Shown: piece by piece, positions 1 to 9,529 of the stretch
Layout: every line of letters begins with the position of its first letter
Numbering within the stretch: the stretch's first letter is position 1
DNA from: Escherichia phage FL23
Sequence record: PP400787
Length of the DNA stretch: 64,000 nucleotides
Strand: one strand, 5' to 3'
Translations under genes and position numbers: made by a program
Notes under the pieces: generated by a model
What the model was told of the DNA's origin: nothing
What the model saw: the letters and a program-made list of their open reading frames with translations, nothing else
Database searches by the model: none

Positions 1-1
1 T

Positions 2-346
2 ACTGGTTGTGTATCTCAAGGACCGGTAGTAAATCAGTCTGATGTAGGAAAAATTGTAAACTGTTCAAGCAAATTTTATAATCCTAATGTCAAGTGTTAT
101 AAAGAAGCTCCAAAACAGACAGTAGAACAAATGCAGGCGAATTTTGACGAAGCTATTCGTCCAGATGAATCTGCTCAAGCATATCGTAATTCGGATGTAA
201 TTACACGCGAAGAAAAAATTGAAAATTACTGCGCCGTGCTTTGGGCAAATTGGGCTAATAATTACCAGTTGCGTACTGGTAAAAATGCTCCAATGGAGTA
301 TGTAGTGAATTCTTATAATTCATGCGTAAAAAATTTAACTAAGTGA
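2..346 (+). CDS. 3' part of an early ORF running off the window start (imm.1-position hypothetical protein)
   Basis: Frame open from position 2 to TAA at 344-346; lies directly upstream of imm. Confidence 0.5.
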   Translation, partial: TGCVSQGPVVNQSDVGKIVNCSSKFYNPNVKCYKEAPKQTVEQMQANFDEAIRPDESAQAYRNSDVITREEKIENYCAVLWANWANNYQLRTGKNAPMEYVVNSYNSCVKNLTK

Positions 347-353
347 GGAAAAC

Positions 354-605
354 ATGGAAACTTTAGTAGCAGGTTCAATTTTTATGGTTTTAGTTTCAGG
401 CGTGTTGGCTATTATTATATACATGCTTCCATGGTTCATCGCCTTGATGCGTGGGTCAAAATCGACAGTAGGAATCTTTTTCACGTCTTTACTGTTTAAC
501 TGGTCAATTATTGGTTGGTTTATTACATTTATTTGGTCAATTGCGGGTGAAACTAAAAAGTCTGCACAGCCAAATCAAGTAATTATCATCAGAGAGAAGG
601 AATGA
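354..605 (+). CDS. imm: Imm, membrane immunity (superinfection exclusion) protein, 83 aa
   Basis: 83-aa two-helix hydrophobic protein; size, sequence and position upstream of gene 42 match T4 Imm as recalled; GAGGA RBS. Confidence 0.8.
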   Translation: METLVAGSIFMVLVSGVLAIIIYMLPWFIALMRGSKSTVGIFFTSLLFNWSIIGWFITFIWSIAGETKKSAQPNQVIIIREKE

Positions 606-751
606 AAAGCAAAATTATAGCAGTGTTGCTTTTAATCTTGATGATTATAATAAGTATATACTATAGTGTAACGGTTCCTCTTATGATTCCAACTATTATT
701 TTAGGTTGGGGTTTATTACTGTTACAAGTTAAATATGAATGTATCAATTGA
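602..751 (+). CDS. small hydrophobic membrane peptide, 49 aa
   Basis: ATG overlaps imm stop (ATGA); almost entirely hydrophobic; ends 8 nt before gene 42. Confidence 0.4.
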   Translation: MKSKIIAVLLLILMIIISIYYSVTVPLMIPTIILGWGLLLLQVKYECIN

Positions 752-758
752 GGTTTAA

Positions 759-1499
759 ATGATTAGTGACTCTATGACAGTTGAAGAAATCCGTCTTCAT
801 TTGGGGCTTGCATTAAAGGAAAAAGATTTCGTAGTTGATAAAACTGGTGTTAAAACTATTGAAATTATTGGCGCATCATTTGTAGCAGATGAACCGTTTA
901 TTTTTGGCGCTCTTAATGATGAATACATTCAGCGTGAACTTGAATGGTATAAATCTAAGAGCTTGTTTGTTAAAGATATTCCAGGTGAAACACCAAAGAT
1001 TTGGCAGCAGGTAGCATCTTCTAAAGGCGAAATTAACTCGAATTATGGTTGGGCTATCTGGTCAGAAGATAACTATGCTCAGTATGATATGTGTTTAGCT
1101 GAACTTGGTCAAAATCCTGATTCTCGACGTGGTATCATGATTTATACTCGTCCATCCATGCAATTTGACTACAATAAAGATGGTATGTCAGATTTCATGT
1201 GTACGAATACAGTACAGTACCTGATTCGTGATAAGAAAGTCAATGCAGTAGTAAGCATGCGCTCAAATGACGTGGTCTTCGGATTCCGTAATGATTATGC
1301 ATGGCAAAAATACGTATTAGATAAATTAGTATCTGATTTGAATGCAGGCGATTCAACTCGTCAGTATAAAGCAGGTTCTATTATATGGAATGTTGGAAGT
1401 CTTCATGTATATTCTCGTCATTTTTACTTGGTTGATCATTGGTGGAATACTGGCGAAACTCATATTGTGAAAAAAGATTATAACGGTGAGTGGAAATGA
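759..1499 (+). CDS. 42: dCMP hydroxymethylase (gp42), 246 aa
   Basis: Near-identical to T4 gp42 as recalled; thymidylate-synthase-like fold. Confidence 0.93.
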   Translation: MISDSMTVEEIRLHLGLALKEKDFVVDKTGVKTIEIIGASFVADEPFIFGALNDEYIQRELEWYKSKSLFVKDIPGETPKIWQQVASSKGEINSNYGWAIWSEDNYAQYDMCLAELGQNPDSRRGIMIYTRPSMQFDYNKDGMSDFMCTNTVQYLIRDKKVNAVVSMRSNDVVFGFRNDYAWQKYVLDKLVSDLNAGDSTRQYKAGSIIWNVGSLHVYSRHFYLVDHWWNTGETHIVKKDYNGEWK

Positions 1500-2338
1500 T
1501 TCAATTCGTAATTCCAAGTTATCAACGTGTAGGGGCAGTTTCTGCCCTTGATATGTTTCCGACTGATTATGAACCACATATTGTAGTACGTGAACACGAA
1601 GAAGAAGCTTATTATGATGCTTATGGGTCTAGAGCTAAAATTGTAACTATTCCTGATGATGTTAATGGAATTGCCGGTACTCGTAAAGCAATTACTGATA
1701 TGTATGCAGGTCAACGAATCTGGATGATTGACGATGATACTACTATTCGTATGAGTTCAATACGAAAGAGAGACGATAAACGGCGCGTAGATAAAATTAA
1801 TCAATTAACTCGTGAACAGTTCTATGAATTAATTCAATACGTTGAGGATGCTATGGATTGCGGGTATTATCACGGTCATGCTCGTCTACCAATTTTTAAA
1901 ATTACTTCATCTTGGGGTAATTATCGTGAAAACTCATATGGATTCACGAATACATGGTATGACCTCGGAAAACTTACGACAGAACAAATTGGGTATGGAA
2001 AAATTGATTTATGTGAAGATATGTATGCATTTCTCAATTTAATTAATCAAGGTTATCCGCATTTGGCCTTGTTCAAATATCTAGTTGTATCTGGAAAATC
2101 ACACGCTCCCGGTGGGTGTAGTTCAATTCGTAGTAATTCTAAACATAATAGAGCTCTTGAGCAAATCAATAGAGAGTTTCCAGAGCAAGCTCGTTGGAAA
2201 ACATCGAATATTGAAAAACGAAAATCGTTGGGTGAAGAAGACGAGCCATTAAAGGTTCTTCGCATGTGTGTTTCGCGTAAAGAAAAATCAGAAGCATTTC
2301 ATAAGTTTAATGCTATTCATCCAATAGCAGTTGATTAA
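1496..2338 (+). CDS. DNA glycosyltransferase occupying the beta-gt locus (GT-A-like, DxD motif; candidate beta-glucosyl-HMC-alpha-glucosyltransferase type), 280 aa
   Basis: ATG overlaps gene 42 stop (ATGA); WMIDDDTT DxD-type motif; unrelated to T4 beta-gt (351 aa) but in the same slot between 42 and uvsX. Confidence 0.6.
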   Translation: MIQFVIPSYQRVGAVSALDMFPTDYEPHIVVREHEEEAYYDAYGSRAKIVTIPDDVNGIAGTRKAITDMYAGQRIWMIDDDTTIRMSSIRKRDDKRRVDKINQLTREQFYELIQYVEDAMDCGYYHGHARLPIFKITSSWGNYRENSYGFTNTWYDLGKLTTEQIGYGKIDLCEDMYAFLNLINQGYPHLALFKYLVVSGKSHAPGGCSSIRSNSKHNRALEQINREFPEQARWKTSNIEKRKSLGEEDEPLKVLRMCVSRKEKSEAFHKFNAIHPIAVD

Positions 2339-2415
2339 TGCCTAAATTTATTGTGTTATAATTACTTTATCTTTAACCAGTGAGGAAAATATAATGATGC
2401 CTATGGAAAAAATGA

Positions 2416-3597
2416 ATGTCTATTGCAGATTTAAAATCCCGTTTGATTAAAGCTTCCACTTCTAAAATGACTGCTGAACTGACTACATCTAAATTCTTTA
2501 ATGAAAAGGATGTAATCCGTACAAAAATCCCAATGCTTAATATCGCTATTTCCGGCGCGATTGATGGTGGTATGCAGTCTGGTTTAACCATTTTTGCAGG
2601 TCCTTCTAAACACTTTAAATCAAATATGTCTTTGACTATGGTTGCGGCGTATTTGAACAAATATCCTGACGCGGTTTGTCTATTTTATGATAGTGAATTT
2701 GGTATTACTCCAGCTTATTTGCGATCCATGGGAGTTGACCCTGAACGAGTAATTCATACGCCAATTCAGTCAGTTGAACAACTGAAAATTGATATGGTGA
2801 ATCAGCTTGAAGCTATTGAGCGCGGTGAAAAGGTTATTGTATTCATCGACTCAATCGGTAATATGGCTTCTAAGAAAGAAACGGAAGATGCCTTGAATGA
2901 AAAATCTGTGGCAGATATGACTCGTGCTAAATCACTGAAGTCATTATTCCGTATTGTTACTCCTTATTTTAGTATTAAAAACATTCCATGCGTTGCGGTT
3001 AACCATACAATTGAAACAATTGAAATGTTTAGTAAAACCGTGATGACAGGCGGTACAGGCGTAATGTATTCGGCTGATACTGTATTCATTATCGGTAAAC
3101 GTCAGATTAAAGATGGTTCTGATCTTCAGGGGTATCAATTTGTTCTAAATGTAGAAAAATCTCGTACCGTTAAAGAAAAAAGTAAATTCTTTATTGATGT
3201 TAAATTTGACGGTGGTATCGATCCTTATTCTGGATTGTTAGATATGGCTCTTGAATTAGGATTTGTAGTAAAACCTAAAAATGGTTGGTATGCTCGTGAA
3301 TTTCTTGACGAAGAAACTGGCGAGATGATTCGCGAAGAAAAATCTTGGCGTGCAAAAGATACCAATTGCACTACATTCTGGGGTCCTTTATTTAAGCATC
3401 AGCCATTCCGAGATGCTATTAAACGCGCTTATCAGTTAGGTGCTATTGATAGTAATGAAATTGTTGAAGCTGAAGTCGACGAATTGATTAACTCAAAGGT
3501 TGAAAAATTTAAATCTCCAGAAAGTAAAAGTAAATCAGCTGCTGATTTAGAAACTGACCTAGATCAGTTAAGTGATATGGAAGAATTTAATGAATAA
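2416..3597 (+). CDS. uvsX: UvsX RecA-like recombinase, 393 aa
   Basis: Near-identical to T4 UvsX as recalled; Walker A GPSKHFKS. Confidence 0.95.
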   Translation: MSIADLKSRLIKASTSKMTAELTTSKFFNEKDVIRTKIPMLNIAISGAIDGGMQSGLTIFAGPSKHFKSNMSLTMVAAYLNKYPDAVCLFYDSEFGITPAYLRSMGVDPERVIHTPIQSVEQLKIDMVNQLEAIERGEKVIVFIDSIGNMASKKETEDALNEKSVADMTRAKSLKSLFRIVTPYFSIKNIPCVAVNHTIETIEMFSKTVMTGGTGVMYSADTVFIIGKRQIKDGSDLQGYQFVLNVEKSRTVKEKSKFFIDVKFDGGIDPYSGLLDMALELGFVVKPKNGWYAREFLDEETGEMIREEKSWRAKDTNCTTFWGPLFKHQPFRDAIKRAYQLGAIDSNEIVEAEVDELINSKVEKFKSPESKSKSAADLETDLDQLSDMEEFNE

Positions 3598-3934
3598 AGA
3601 TGATTTGGATTTAGATCTAGAAATTATCGACGAATCCCCCTCTTCGGAGGGGGAAGAAGAAAGAAAAGAACGTCTTTTTAATGAATCTCTTAAGATAATT
3701 AAATCTGCCATGGAAAATGTTATCCAGGAGATTGTCATTAAACTAGAAGACGGTTCTACACACATTGTGTATGTGACAAAATTAGATTGGGTTGATGGAA
3801 AAGTCGTAATGGACTTTGCTGTTCTTGACCAAGAAAGAAAAGCTGAGTTAGCTCCTCATGTAGAAAAATGTATTACAATGCAACTACAAGATGCATTTAA
3901 TAAAAGGTCAAAGAAAAAATTTAAATTCTTTTAA
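3590..3934 (+). CDS. 40: gp40 head vertex assembly chaperone (alternative start 3572)
   Basis: Position between uvsX and 41; ATG at 3590 overlaps the uvsX stop; acidic N-terminus. Confidence 0.6.
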   Translation: MNKDDLDLDLEIIDESPSSEGEEERKERLFNESLKIIKSAMENVIQEIVIKLEDGSTHIVYVTKLDWVDGKVVMDFAVLDQERKAELAPHVEKCITMQLQDAFNKRSKKKFKFF

Positions 3935-3943
3935 GGAGTAAGT

Positions 3944-5371
3944 GTGGTAGAAATTATTCTTTCTCATCTCATATTTGATCAAGCTTATTTTTCAAAAGTT
4001 TGGCCATATATGGATTCAGAATATTTTGAAAGTGGTCCAGCTAAAAATACATTCAAATTAATTAAATCTCATGTTAACGAGTACCATAGCGTTCCATCTA
4101 TTAATGCGTTAAATGTTGCGTTAGAAAATAGTTCATTTACTGAAACAGAATATTCTGGTGTAAAAACACTTATTTCAAAACTGGCCGATTCTCCGGAAGA
4201 CCATAGCTGGTTAGTAAAAGAAACAGAAAAATATGTTCAGCAAAGGGCGATGTTTAACGCCACATCTAAAATAATCGAAATTCAAACTAATGCTGAGCTT
4301 CCTCCGGAAAAACGAAATAAGAAAATGCCAGATGTAGGTGCTATTCCTGATATCATGCGTCAAGCATTATCAATTTCATTTGATAGCTACGTTGGTCATG
4401 ATTGGATGGATGACTACGAAGCACGCTGGCTATCTTATATGAATAAAGCTCGTAAGATTCCATTTAAACTCAGAATTCTAAACAAAATTACTAAAGGCGG
4501 AGCTGAGACTGGAACACTGAACGTTTTAATGGCTGGCGTTAACGTTGGTAAGTCATTAGGATTGTGTTCATTGGCAGCAGATTATTTGCAGCTCGGACAT
4601 AATGTTCTTTACATTTCTATGGAAATGGCAGAAGAAGTCTGTGCTAAACGTATTGATGCTAATATGCTTGATGTTTCTCTTGATGACATTGATGACGGGC
4701 ATATTTCTTACGCTGAGTATAAAGGAAAAATGGAAAAATGGCGCGAGAAATCTACTCTCGGTCGTTTAATCGTTAAGCAATATCCTACTGGTGGAGCAGA
4801 CGCTAATACATTTCGATCGCTTTTAAACGAATTGAAGCTCAAGAAGAATTTTGTTCCAACAATCATTATTGTCGACTATCTAGGTATTTGTAAATCTTGC
4901 CGCATCAGAGTTTACTCAGAAAATAGTTACACAACTGTTAAAGCCATCGCAGAAGAATTGCGTGCTCTGGCTGTTGAAACCGAAACTGTTCTTTGGACTG
5001 CAGCACAGGTTGGTAAACAAGCTTGGGACTCTTCCGATGTTAACATGAGCGATATTGCAGAATCTGCCGGTCTTCCAGCAACAGCTGATTTTATGCTTGC
5101 GGTCATTGAAACCGAGGAGCTAGCAGCTGCTGAACAACAACTCATTAAGCAAATCAAATCACGATACGGTGATAAGAATAAGTGGAATAAGTTTTTGATG
5201 GGTGTTCAAAAAGGAAATCAAAAATGGGTAGAAATTGAACAAGATTCTACTCCAACTGAAGTGAGTGAGGTAGCAGGTTCACAACAGATACAAGCTGAGC
5301 AGAATCGCTATCAAAGAAATGAATCCACTCGAGCTCAGTTAGATGCTTTGGCAAATGAATTAAAATTTTAG
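3944..5371 (+). CDS. 41: gp41 replicative DNA helicase (DnaB family), 475 aa
   Basis: Near-identical to T4 gp41 as recalled; GTG start 5 nt after AAGGAG; Walker A GVNVGKS. Confidence 0.93.
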   Translation: MVEIILSHLIFDQAYFSKVWPYMDSEYFESGPAKNTFKLIKSHVNEYHSVPSINALNVALENSSFTETEYSGVKTLISKLADSPEDHSWLVKETEKYVQQRAMFNATSKIIEIQTNAELPPEKRNKKMPDVGAIPDIMRQALSISFDSYVGHDWMDDYEARWLSYMNKARKIPFKLRILNKITKGGAETGTLNVLMAGVNVGKSLGLCSLAADYLQLGHNVLYISMEMAEEVCAKRIDANMLDVSLDDIDDGHISYAEYKGKMEKWREKSTLGRLIVKQYPTGGADANTFRSLLNELKLKKNFVPTIIIVDYLGICKSCRIRVYSENSYTTVKAIAEELRALAVETETVLWTAAQVGKQAWDSSDVNMSDIAESAGLPATADFMLAVIETEELAAAEQQLIKQIKSRYGDKNKWNKFLMGVQKGNQKWVEIEQDSTPTEVSEVAGSQQIQAEQNRYQRNESTRAQLDALANELKF

Positions 5372-5400
5372 TTTACAAGCTGACAAGACTATAGTATAGT
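5371..5400 (+). promoter_or_regulatory. T4-type early promoter (GTTTAC -35, TATAGT -10)
   Basis: gtttacaagctgacaagactatagtatagt immediately after gene 41 and upstream of dmd. Confidence 0.55.
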
Positions 5401-5429
5401 AGTCTTGTTGGTTAAATGAGGAGATTGTT

Positions 5430-5612
5430 ATGGAATTAGTAAAGGTAGTATTTATGGGGTGGTTTAAGAATGAAAGCATGTTTACTAAAGAAACCACAAT
5501 GATGAAAGATGATGTTCAATGGGCTACTACTCAATATGCTGAAGTTAATAAAGCACTAGTTAAAGCTTTCATTGATGACAAGAAAGTATGTGAAGTGGAT
5601 TGCCGAGGATAA
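5430..5612 (+). CDS. dmd: Dmd antitoxin (inhibitor of host RnlA/LsoA RNase toxins), 60 aa
   Basis: 60 aa, matches T4 Dmd as recalled; position 41 to 61.4. Confidence 0.85.
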   Translation: MELVKVVFMGWFKNESMFTKETTMMKDDVQWATTQYAEVNKALVKAFIDDKKVCEVDCRG

Positions 5613-5613
5613 T

Positions 5614-5871
5614 ATGCATATTGTTTTATTTAAACCTACTCCGTATAACGTCAGGAAAAATACGCAATTCAAAGCACTTATTGCAGATACGTGGGAATTG
5701 GTGTTAGATATTCCAGCAGAAGAAAGTCCTCCATTTGGTCGAGTGGAATTTATTAAGTTTGCTGTACGTCCTACGAAGAGGCAGATTCGTCAGTGTAAAA
5801 GGTATTTTCGTAAGATCGTCAAGTTAGAGAAACAGTTTGTAACATGTGATTATGCAAAAGTTTTAAAATAA
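5614..5871 (+). CDS. hypothetical protein (61.4 position), 85 aa
   Basis: ATG at 5614 just after dmd stop with GAGGA RBS; the track ORF 5572 start would overlap dmd. Confidence 0.6.
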   Translation: MHIVLFKPTPYNVRKNTQFKALIADTWELVLDIPAEESPPFGRVEFIKFAVRPTKRQIRQCKRYFRKIVKLEKQFVTCDYAKVLK

Positions 5872-5931
5872 CTGTTTACTTTTATTGGAAATTGAGATAC
5901 TATATAAACATAAACTACTGAGGAGATTATC

Positions 5932-6225
5932 ATGAAAAAATTTATCTTTGCTACAGTTTTTGCTTTAGCTTCTTGTGCTGCTCAGCCTGCTATGGCAGGT
6001 TATGATAAAGATTTGTGCGAATGGTCTATGACTGCGGATCAGACTGAGGTTGAAACTCAAATTGAAGCAGATATTATGAATATCGTTGAGCGCGATCGTC
6101 CTGAAATGAAAGCTGAAGTGCAAAAACAACTTAAGTCTGGTGGTGTAATGCAGTATAATTATGTTCTGTATTGCGATAAAAACTTCAATAATAAAAATAT
6201 CATCGCTGAAGTAGTAGGTGAATAA
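5932..6225 (+). CDS. sp: Spackle periplasmic protein (superinfection exclusion), 97 aa
   Basis: Signal peptide MKKFIFATVFALASCAAQPAMA; 97 aa; position and sequence as T4 Sp. Confidence 0.85.
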   Translation: MKKFIFATVFALASCAAQPAMAGYDKDLCEWSMTADQTEVETQIEADIMNIVERDRPEMKAEVQKQLKSGGVMQYNYVLYCDKNFNNKNIIAEVVGE

Positions 6226-6851
6226 TGCTTTATCAAATGCACAAGTGTAAAGACACGTACAAATATAAAGGTGCCCAGTGTTATATCATTAATCGTGAAA
6301 ACGCAGGTCCAGGTCATTCGCATCAATCACGGTTTGTATTCGTTAAAAATAATGAAATTATAGCAGTTGCCAATTATATGCTTGTGACCAATGATGTTAA
6401 TCCGGTGCCTTTCACATATGACAATCTAATGGACTTGGCATATGATTATAATTGGTTTAATCATGACAATTTAGTTCATATTGAAGGTGTAGGATTTGAC
6501 ATCTCTTATTCTAGTTATTCGTTGTGCCCTATGAGCCGAGCTCATAAAGAGCCTGAATATTTTTCATTTCGTCGGCGTGTAGACTTTAAACGCAGCACAG
6601 AGTATGTCGGTGGAATCTTTGTTAAAGATAATCGAATTACTCGCATTATTTATCCTTTGGGCTGTGGTCAAAAAGATATTGATGTTGATTTAGACTTTAC
6701 TGAAAACATCATTAATCATATTGCTTCTGTGTATTTTGATATTGATCACAAAATTGTAATATGTGGATATGAATTACCATCAGAAAAACAGTCTAAAGTA
6801 AATGTTTCTATTGATGACCAAATTTTTAATGCTTTTATGAATAGAGGTTAA
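6225..6851 (+). CDS. hypothetical protein (61.2 position), 208 aa
   Basis: ORF with ATGA overlap to sp; conserved position. Confidence 0.6.
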   Translation: MLYQMHKCKDTYKYKGAQCYIINRENAGPGHSHQSRFVFVKNNEIIAVANYMLVTNDVNPVPFTYDNLMDLAYDYNWFNHDNLVHIEGVGFDISYSSYSLCPMSRAHKEPEYFSFRRRVDFKRSTEYVGGIFVKDNRITRIIYPLGCGQKDIDVDLDFTENIINHIASVYFDIDHKIVICGYELPSEKQSKVNVSIDDQIFNAFMNRG

Positions 6852-6852
6852 T

Positions 6853-7017
6853 ATGAAAACATATAAAGAATTTATCAAAGAAGATATGGTCGCTGGAGAT
6901 TCAGGTGGTAATCCTGAAAATATCTCTACCGGAACAACGTCAGGCGCTGTAGTAAATAAAGGTCCTGAACAGATTCCTAAAAAGAAAAAAGAGGAATCTA
7001 AAGAAAAAGAAGAGTAA
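6853..7017 (+). CDS. hypothetical protein (61.1 position), 54 aa
   Basis: Short ORF below track threshold, found by reading; fills the gap before gene 61. Confidence 0.5.
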   Translation: MKTYKEFIKEDMVAGDSGGNPENISTGTTSGAVVNKGPEQIPKKKKEESKEKEE

Positions 7018-7019
7018 AA

Positions 7020-8048
7020 ATGTCATCAATACCTTGGATTGATAATGAGTTTGCGTATCGTGCATTAGCTCATTTACCTAAATTCACACAAGTAAATAAT
7101 AGTTCAACTTTTAAATTACGGTTTAGATGCCCTGTTTGTGGAGATTCAAAAACCGACCAGAATAAAGCTCGTGGATGGTATTATGGTGATAATAATGAAG
7201 GAAATATTCATTGTTATAACTGTAACTATCATGCACCAATCGGAATATATTTAAAGGAGTTTGAACCCGATTTATATCGTGAGTATATCTTTGAAATAAG
7301 AAAAGAAAAAGGTAAAAGTCGTCCAGTAGAAAAACCTAAAGAACTTCCTAAACAACCTGAGAAGAAAATAATTAAATCTCTTCCGTCATGCGTTAGATTA
7401 GATAAACTGGCGGAAGACCATCCAATTATAAAATATGTAAAAGCTCGCTGTATTCCAAAGGATAAATGGAAATATCTTTGGTTTACAACCGAATGGCCTA
7501 AATTAGTTAATAGCATAGCACCGGGAACATATAAAAAGGAAATACCTGAGCCTCGTCTTGTTATTCCAATTTATAATGCTAATGGAAAAGCTGAGTCTTT
7601 TCAAGGACGTGCATTAAAGAAAGATGCTCCTCAAAAATATATCACCATCAAAGCTTATCCTGAGGCAACAAAAATTTATGGAGTTGAACGAGTCAAAGAT
7701 GGTGATGTATATGTTCTAGAAGGACCTATAGATTCACTTTTTATTGAAAATGGTATAGCTATTACGGGTGGTCAATTAGACCTAGAAGTTGTTCCATTTA
7801 AAGATAGGCGTGTGTGGGTTTTAGATAATGAACCTCGTCATCCTGACACTATTAAGCGAATGACTAAATTAGTTGATGCAGGAGAAAGGGTTATGTTTTG
7901 GGATAAATCTCCCTGGAAATCAAAAGATGTTAATGATATGATTAGAAAGGAAGGTGCAACCCCTGAACAAATTATGGAATATATGAAAAATAATATTGCC
8001 CAAGGGTTGATGGCTAAAATGCGGCTATCTAAATATGCTAAGATTTAA
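7020..8048 (+). CDS. 61: gp61 DNA primase, 342 aa
   Basis: Zinc ribbon CPVCGDS...CYNC; 342 aa; matches T4 gp61 as recalled. Confidence 0.93.
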   Translation: MSSIPWIDNEFAYRALAHLPKFTQVNNSSTFKLRFRCPVCGDSKTDQNKARGWYYGDNNEGNIHCYNCNYHAPIGIYLKEFEPDLYREYIFEIRKEKGKSRPVEKPKELPKQPEKKIIKSLPSCVRLDKLAEDHPIIKYVKARCIPKDKWKYLWFTTEWPKLVNSIAPGTYKKEIPEPRLVIPIYNANGKAESFQGRALKKDAPQKYITIKAYPEATKIYGVERVKDGDVYVLEGPIDSLFIENGIAITGGQLDLEVVPFKDRRVWVLDNEPRHPDTIKRMTKLVDAGERVMFWDKSPWKSKDVNDMIRKEGATPEQIMEYMKNNIAQGLMAKMRLSKYAKI

Positions 8049-8245
8049 ATTAACCCAACCAAAGCAAATGCTAAATCTACGAATGTATCAAGAGTAATTA
8101 CTGGAATATTAACACCATGAGCAATAGCAATTGGTGATAAAACAAAATTCCAGAGTAAAATTCCTACCATAGCAGAAATAGTAAAAGCTATACGTTTCTT
8201 ATTACCTTTTATGGCATTAACAAGTGCCATTAATTTTTGTACCAT
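8045..8245 (-). CDS. small two-helix membrane protein on the opposite strand, 66 aa
   Basis: ATG preceded by AAGGAGG with 4-nt spacer on the - strand; two hydrophobic segments; sits where I recall T4 dam. Confidence 0.45.
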   Translation of the reverse strand: MVQKLMALVNAIKGNKKRIAFTISAMVGILLWNFVLSPIAIAHGVNIPVITLDTFVDLAFALVGLI

Positions 8246-8316
8246 ATGTCCTCCTTATTGCTTTATATATTTATTGTATAATTAATCTACTAACCCATGA
8301 ATTGAAAGGAAAAATA

Positions 8317-8832
8317 ATGGCTTACTTTAATGAATGTTCACAACTGATTGAAGGCGCTGATAAAGCTCAAAATGAATACTGGGATATTCTCGGTGATGAA
8401 AAAGACCCGCTGCAGGTTATGCTTGATATGCAGAAATCTTTACAGGTTCGTTTAGCAAATGACCGCGAATACTGTTATCATCCAGATAAATTAGAAACTG
8501 CCGGTGATGTTGTTTCTTGGATGCGTGAACAAAAAGACTGTATTGATGATGAATTCCGCGAACTTCTGACTTCTCTTGGTGAAATGTCACGTGGTGAAAA
8601 AGATGCATCGGCAGTTTGGAAAAAATGGAAAGCACGTTATATTGAAGCGCAAGAAAAACGCATTGATGAAATGTCCCCAGAAGATCAGCTCGAAATTAAA
8701 TTTGAGCTTGTGGATATATTTCATTTCGTATTAAATATGTTTGCTGGCCTTGGAATGAATGCGGAAGAAATCTTTAAACTTTATTATTTGAAAAATAAAC
8801 ATAATTTTGAACGTCAAGATAATGGGTATTAA
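8317..8832 (+). CDS. 56: gp56 dCTPase/dUTPase, 171 aa
   Basis: From ATG 8317 (MAYFNECSQLIEG...) matches T4 gp56 as recalled; the track ORF start at 8224 is upstream out-of-context extension. Confidence 0.9.
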   Translation: MAYFNECSQLIEGADKAQNEYWDILGDEKDPLQVMLDMQKSLQVRLANDREYCYHPDKLETAGDVVSWMREQKDCIDDEFRELLTSLGEMSRGEKDASAVWKKWKARYIEAQEKRIDEMSPEDQLEIKFELVDIFHFVLNMFAGLGMNAEEIFKLYYLKNKHNFERQDNGY

Positions 8833-9496
8833 ACAAAAATTTTATAGAACATATATCGTAAAAGTTAGGACGCCGAAAGGCGTCTTTTGGTACGCTGGGA
8901 AACATGAATCATTTATTGTAAATCCATATGATGATAAATATCCGGGGTCAGGCAAAATACTATGGAACATATATCGTAAGTATGGTTTTAATTATAAAAT
9001 ACGTTGGTCAAAATGCCATGGTTCTAGAGAAAAATCATATGAAGTTGAACGCGAGCTAATATCTGCATTAAAACGTAAACACCCAGATACTTGCATTAAT
9101 ATTTCTCCTGGTGGTCAGGGTGGAGAAGGAAGAAAATGGACTGAGCAACAACGATTAGAACATAAACTTAGATTAAACAATCCTGAAACAAAAACTCGGA
9201 TGAAGAATTCACAACGTATAGCCCAAAATAGAGCAGAACGAAAAGCTCGGCAATCTGAAGTAATGAAAAAGTTTTATTCGAATGGCGGAAATAAAAAGAT
9301 TTCAGAAGGAACTTCAAGGGCGCAAAGAAAAGCGCCGCATTGGAATGAACCGCTTAAAAGCGAAATACATGAGTTATGGGTTTCTTTAGGTAAACCAGCA
9401 ACAGGCCCGGTTGTAAAGGCGCTTAAAGGAAAATATGATGTAACAAGTTCAGCTCTTAAGAATTTAATTTACTTATTCAGAAAAGAAGATGTATAA
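8822..9496 (+). CDS. segF: GIY-YIG homing endonuclease (SegF/gp69-like)
   Basis: GIY-YIG-like N-terminus (YRTYIVK...FWYAGKH); basic C-terminal DNA-binding region; position between 56 and soc. Confidence 0.6.
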   Translation: MGIKQKFYRTYIVKVRTPKGVFWYAGKHESFIVNPYDDKYPGSGKILWNIYRKYGFNYKIRWSKCHGSREKSYEVERELISALKRKHPDTCINISPGGQGGEGRKWTEQQRLEHKLRLNNPETKTRMKNSQRIAQNRAERKARQSEVMKKFYSNGGNKKISEGTSRAQRKAPHWNEPLKSEIHELWVSLGKPATGPVVKALKGKYDVTSSALKNLIYLFRKEDV

Positions 9497-9529
9497 ATAA
9501 TCATGTAATTTAAATAAAAGGAGAATTAC

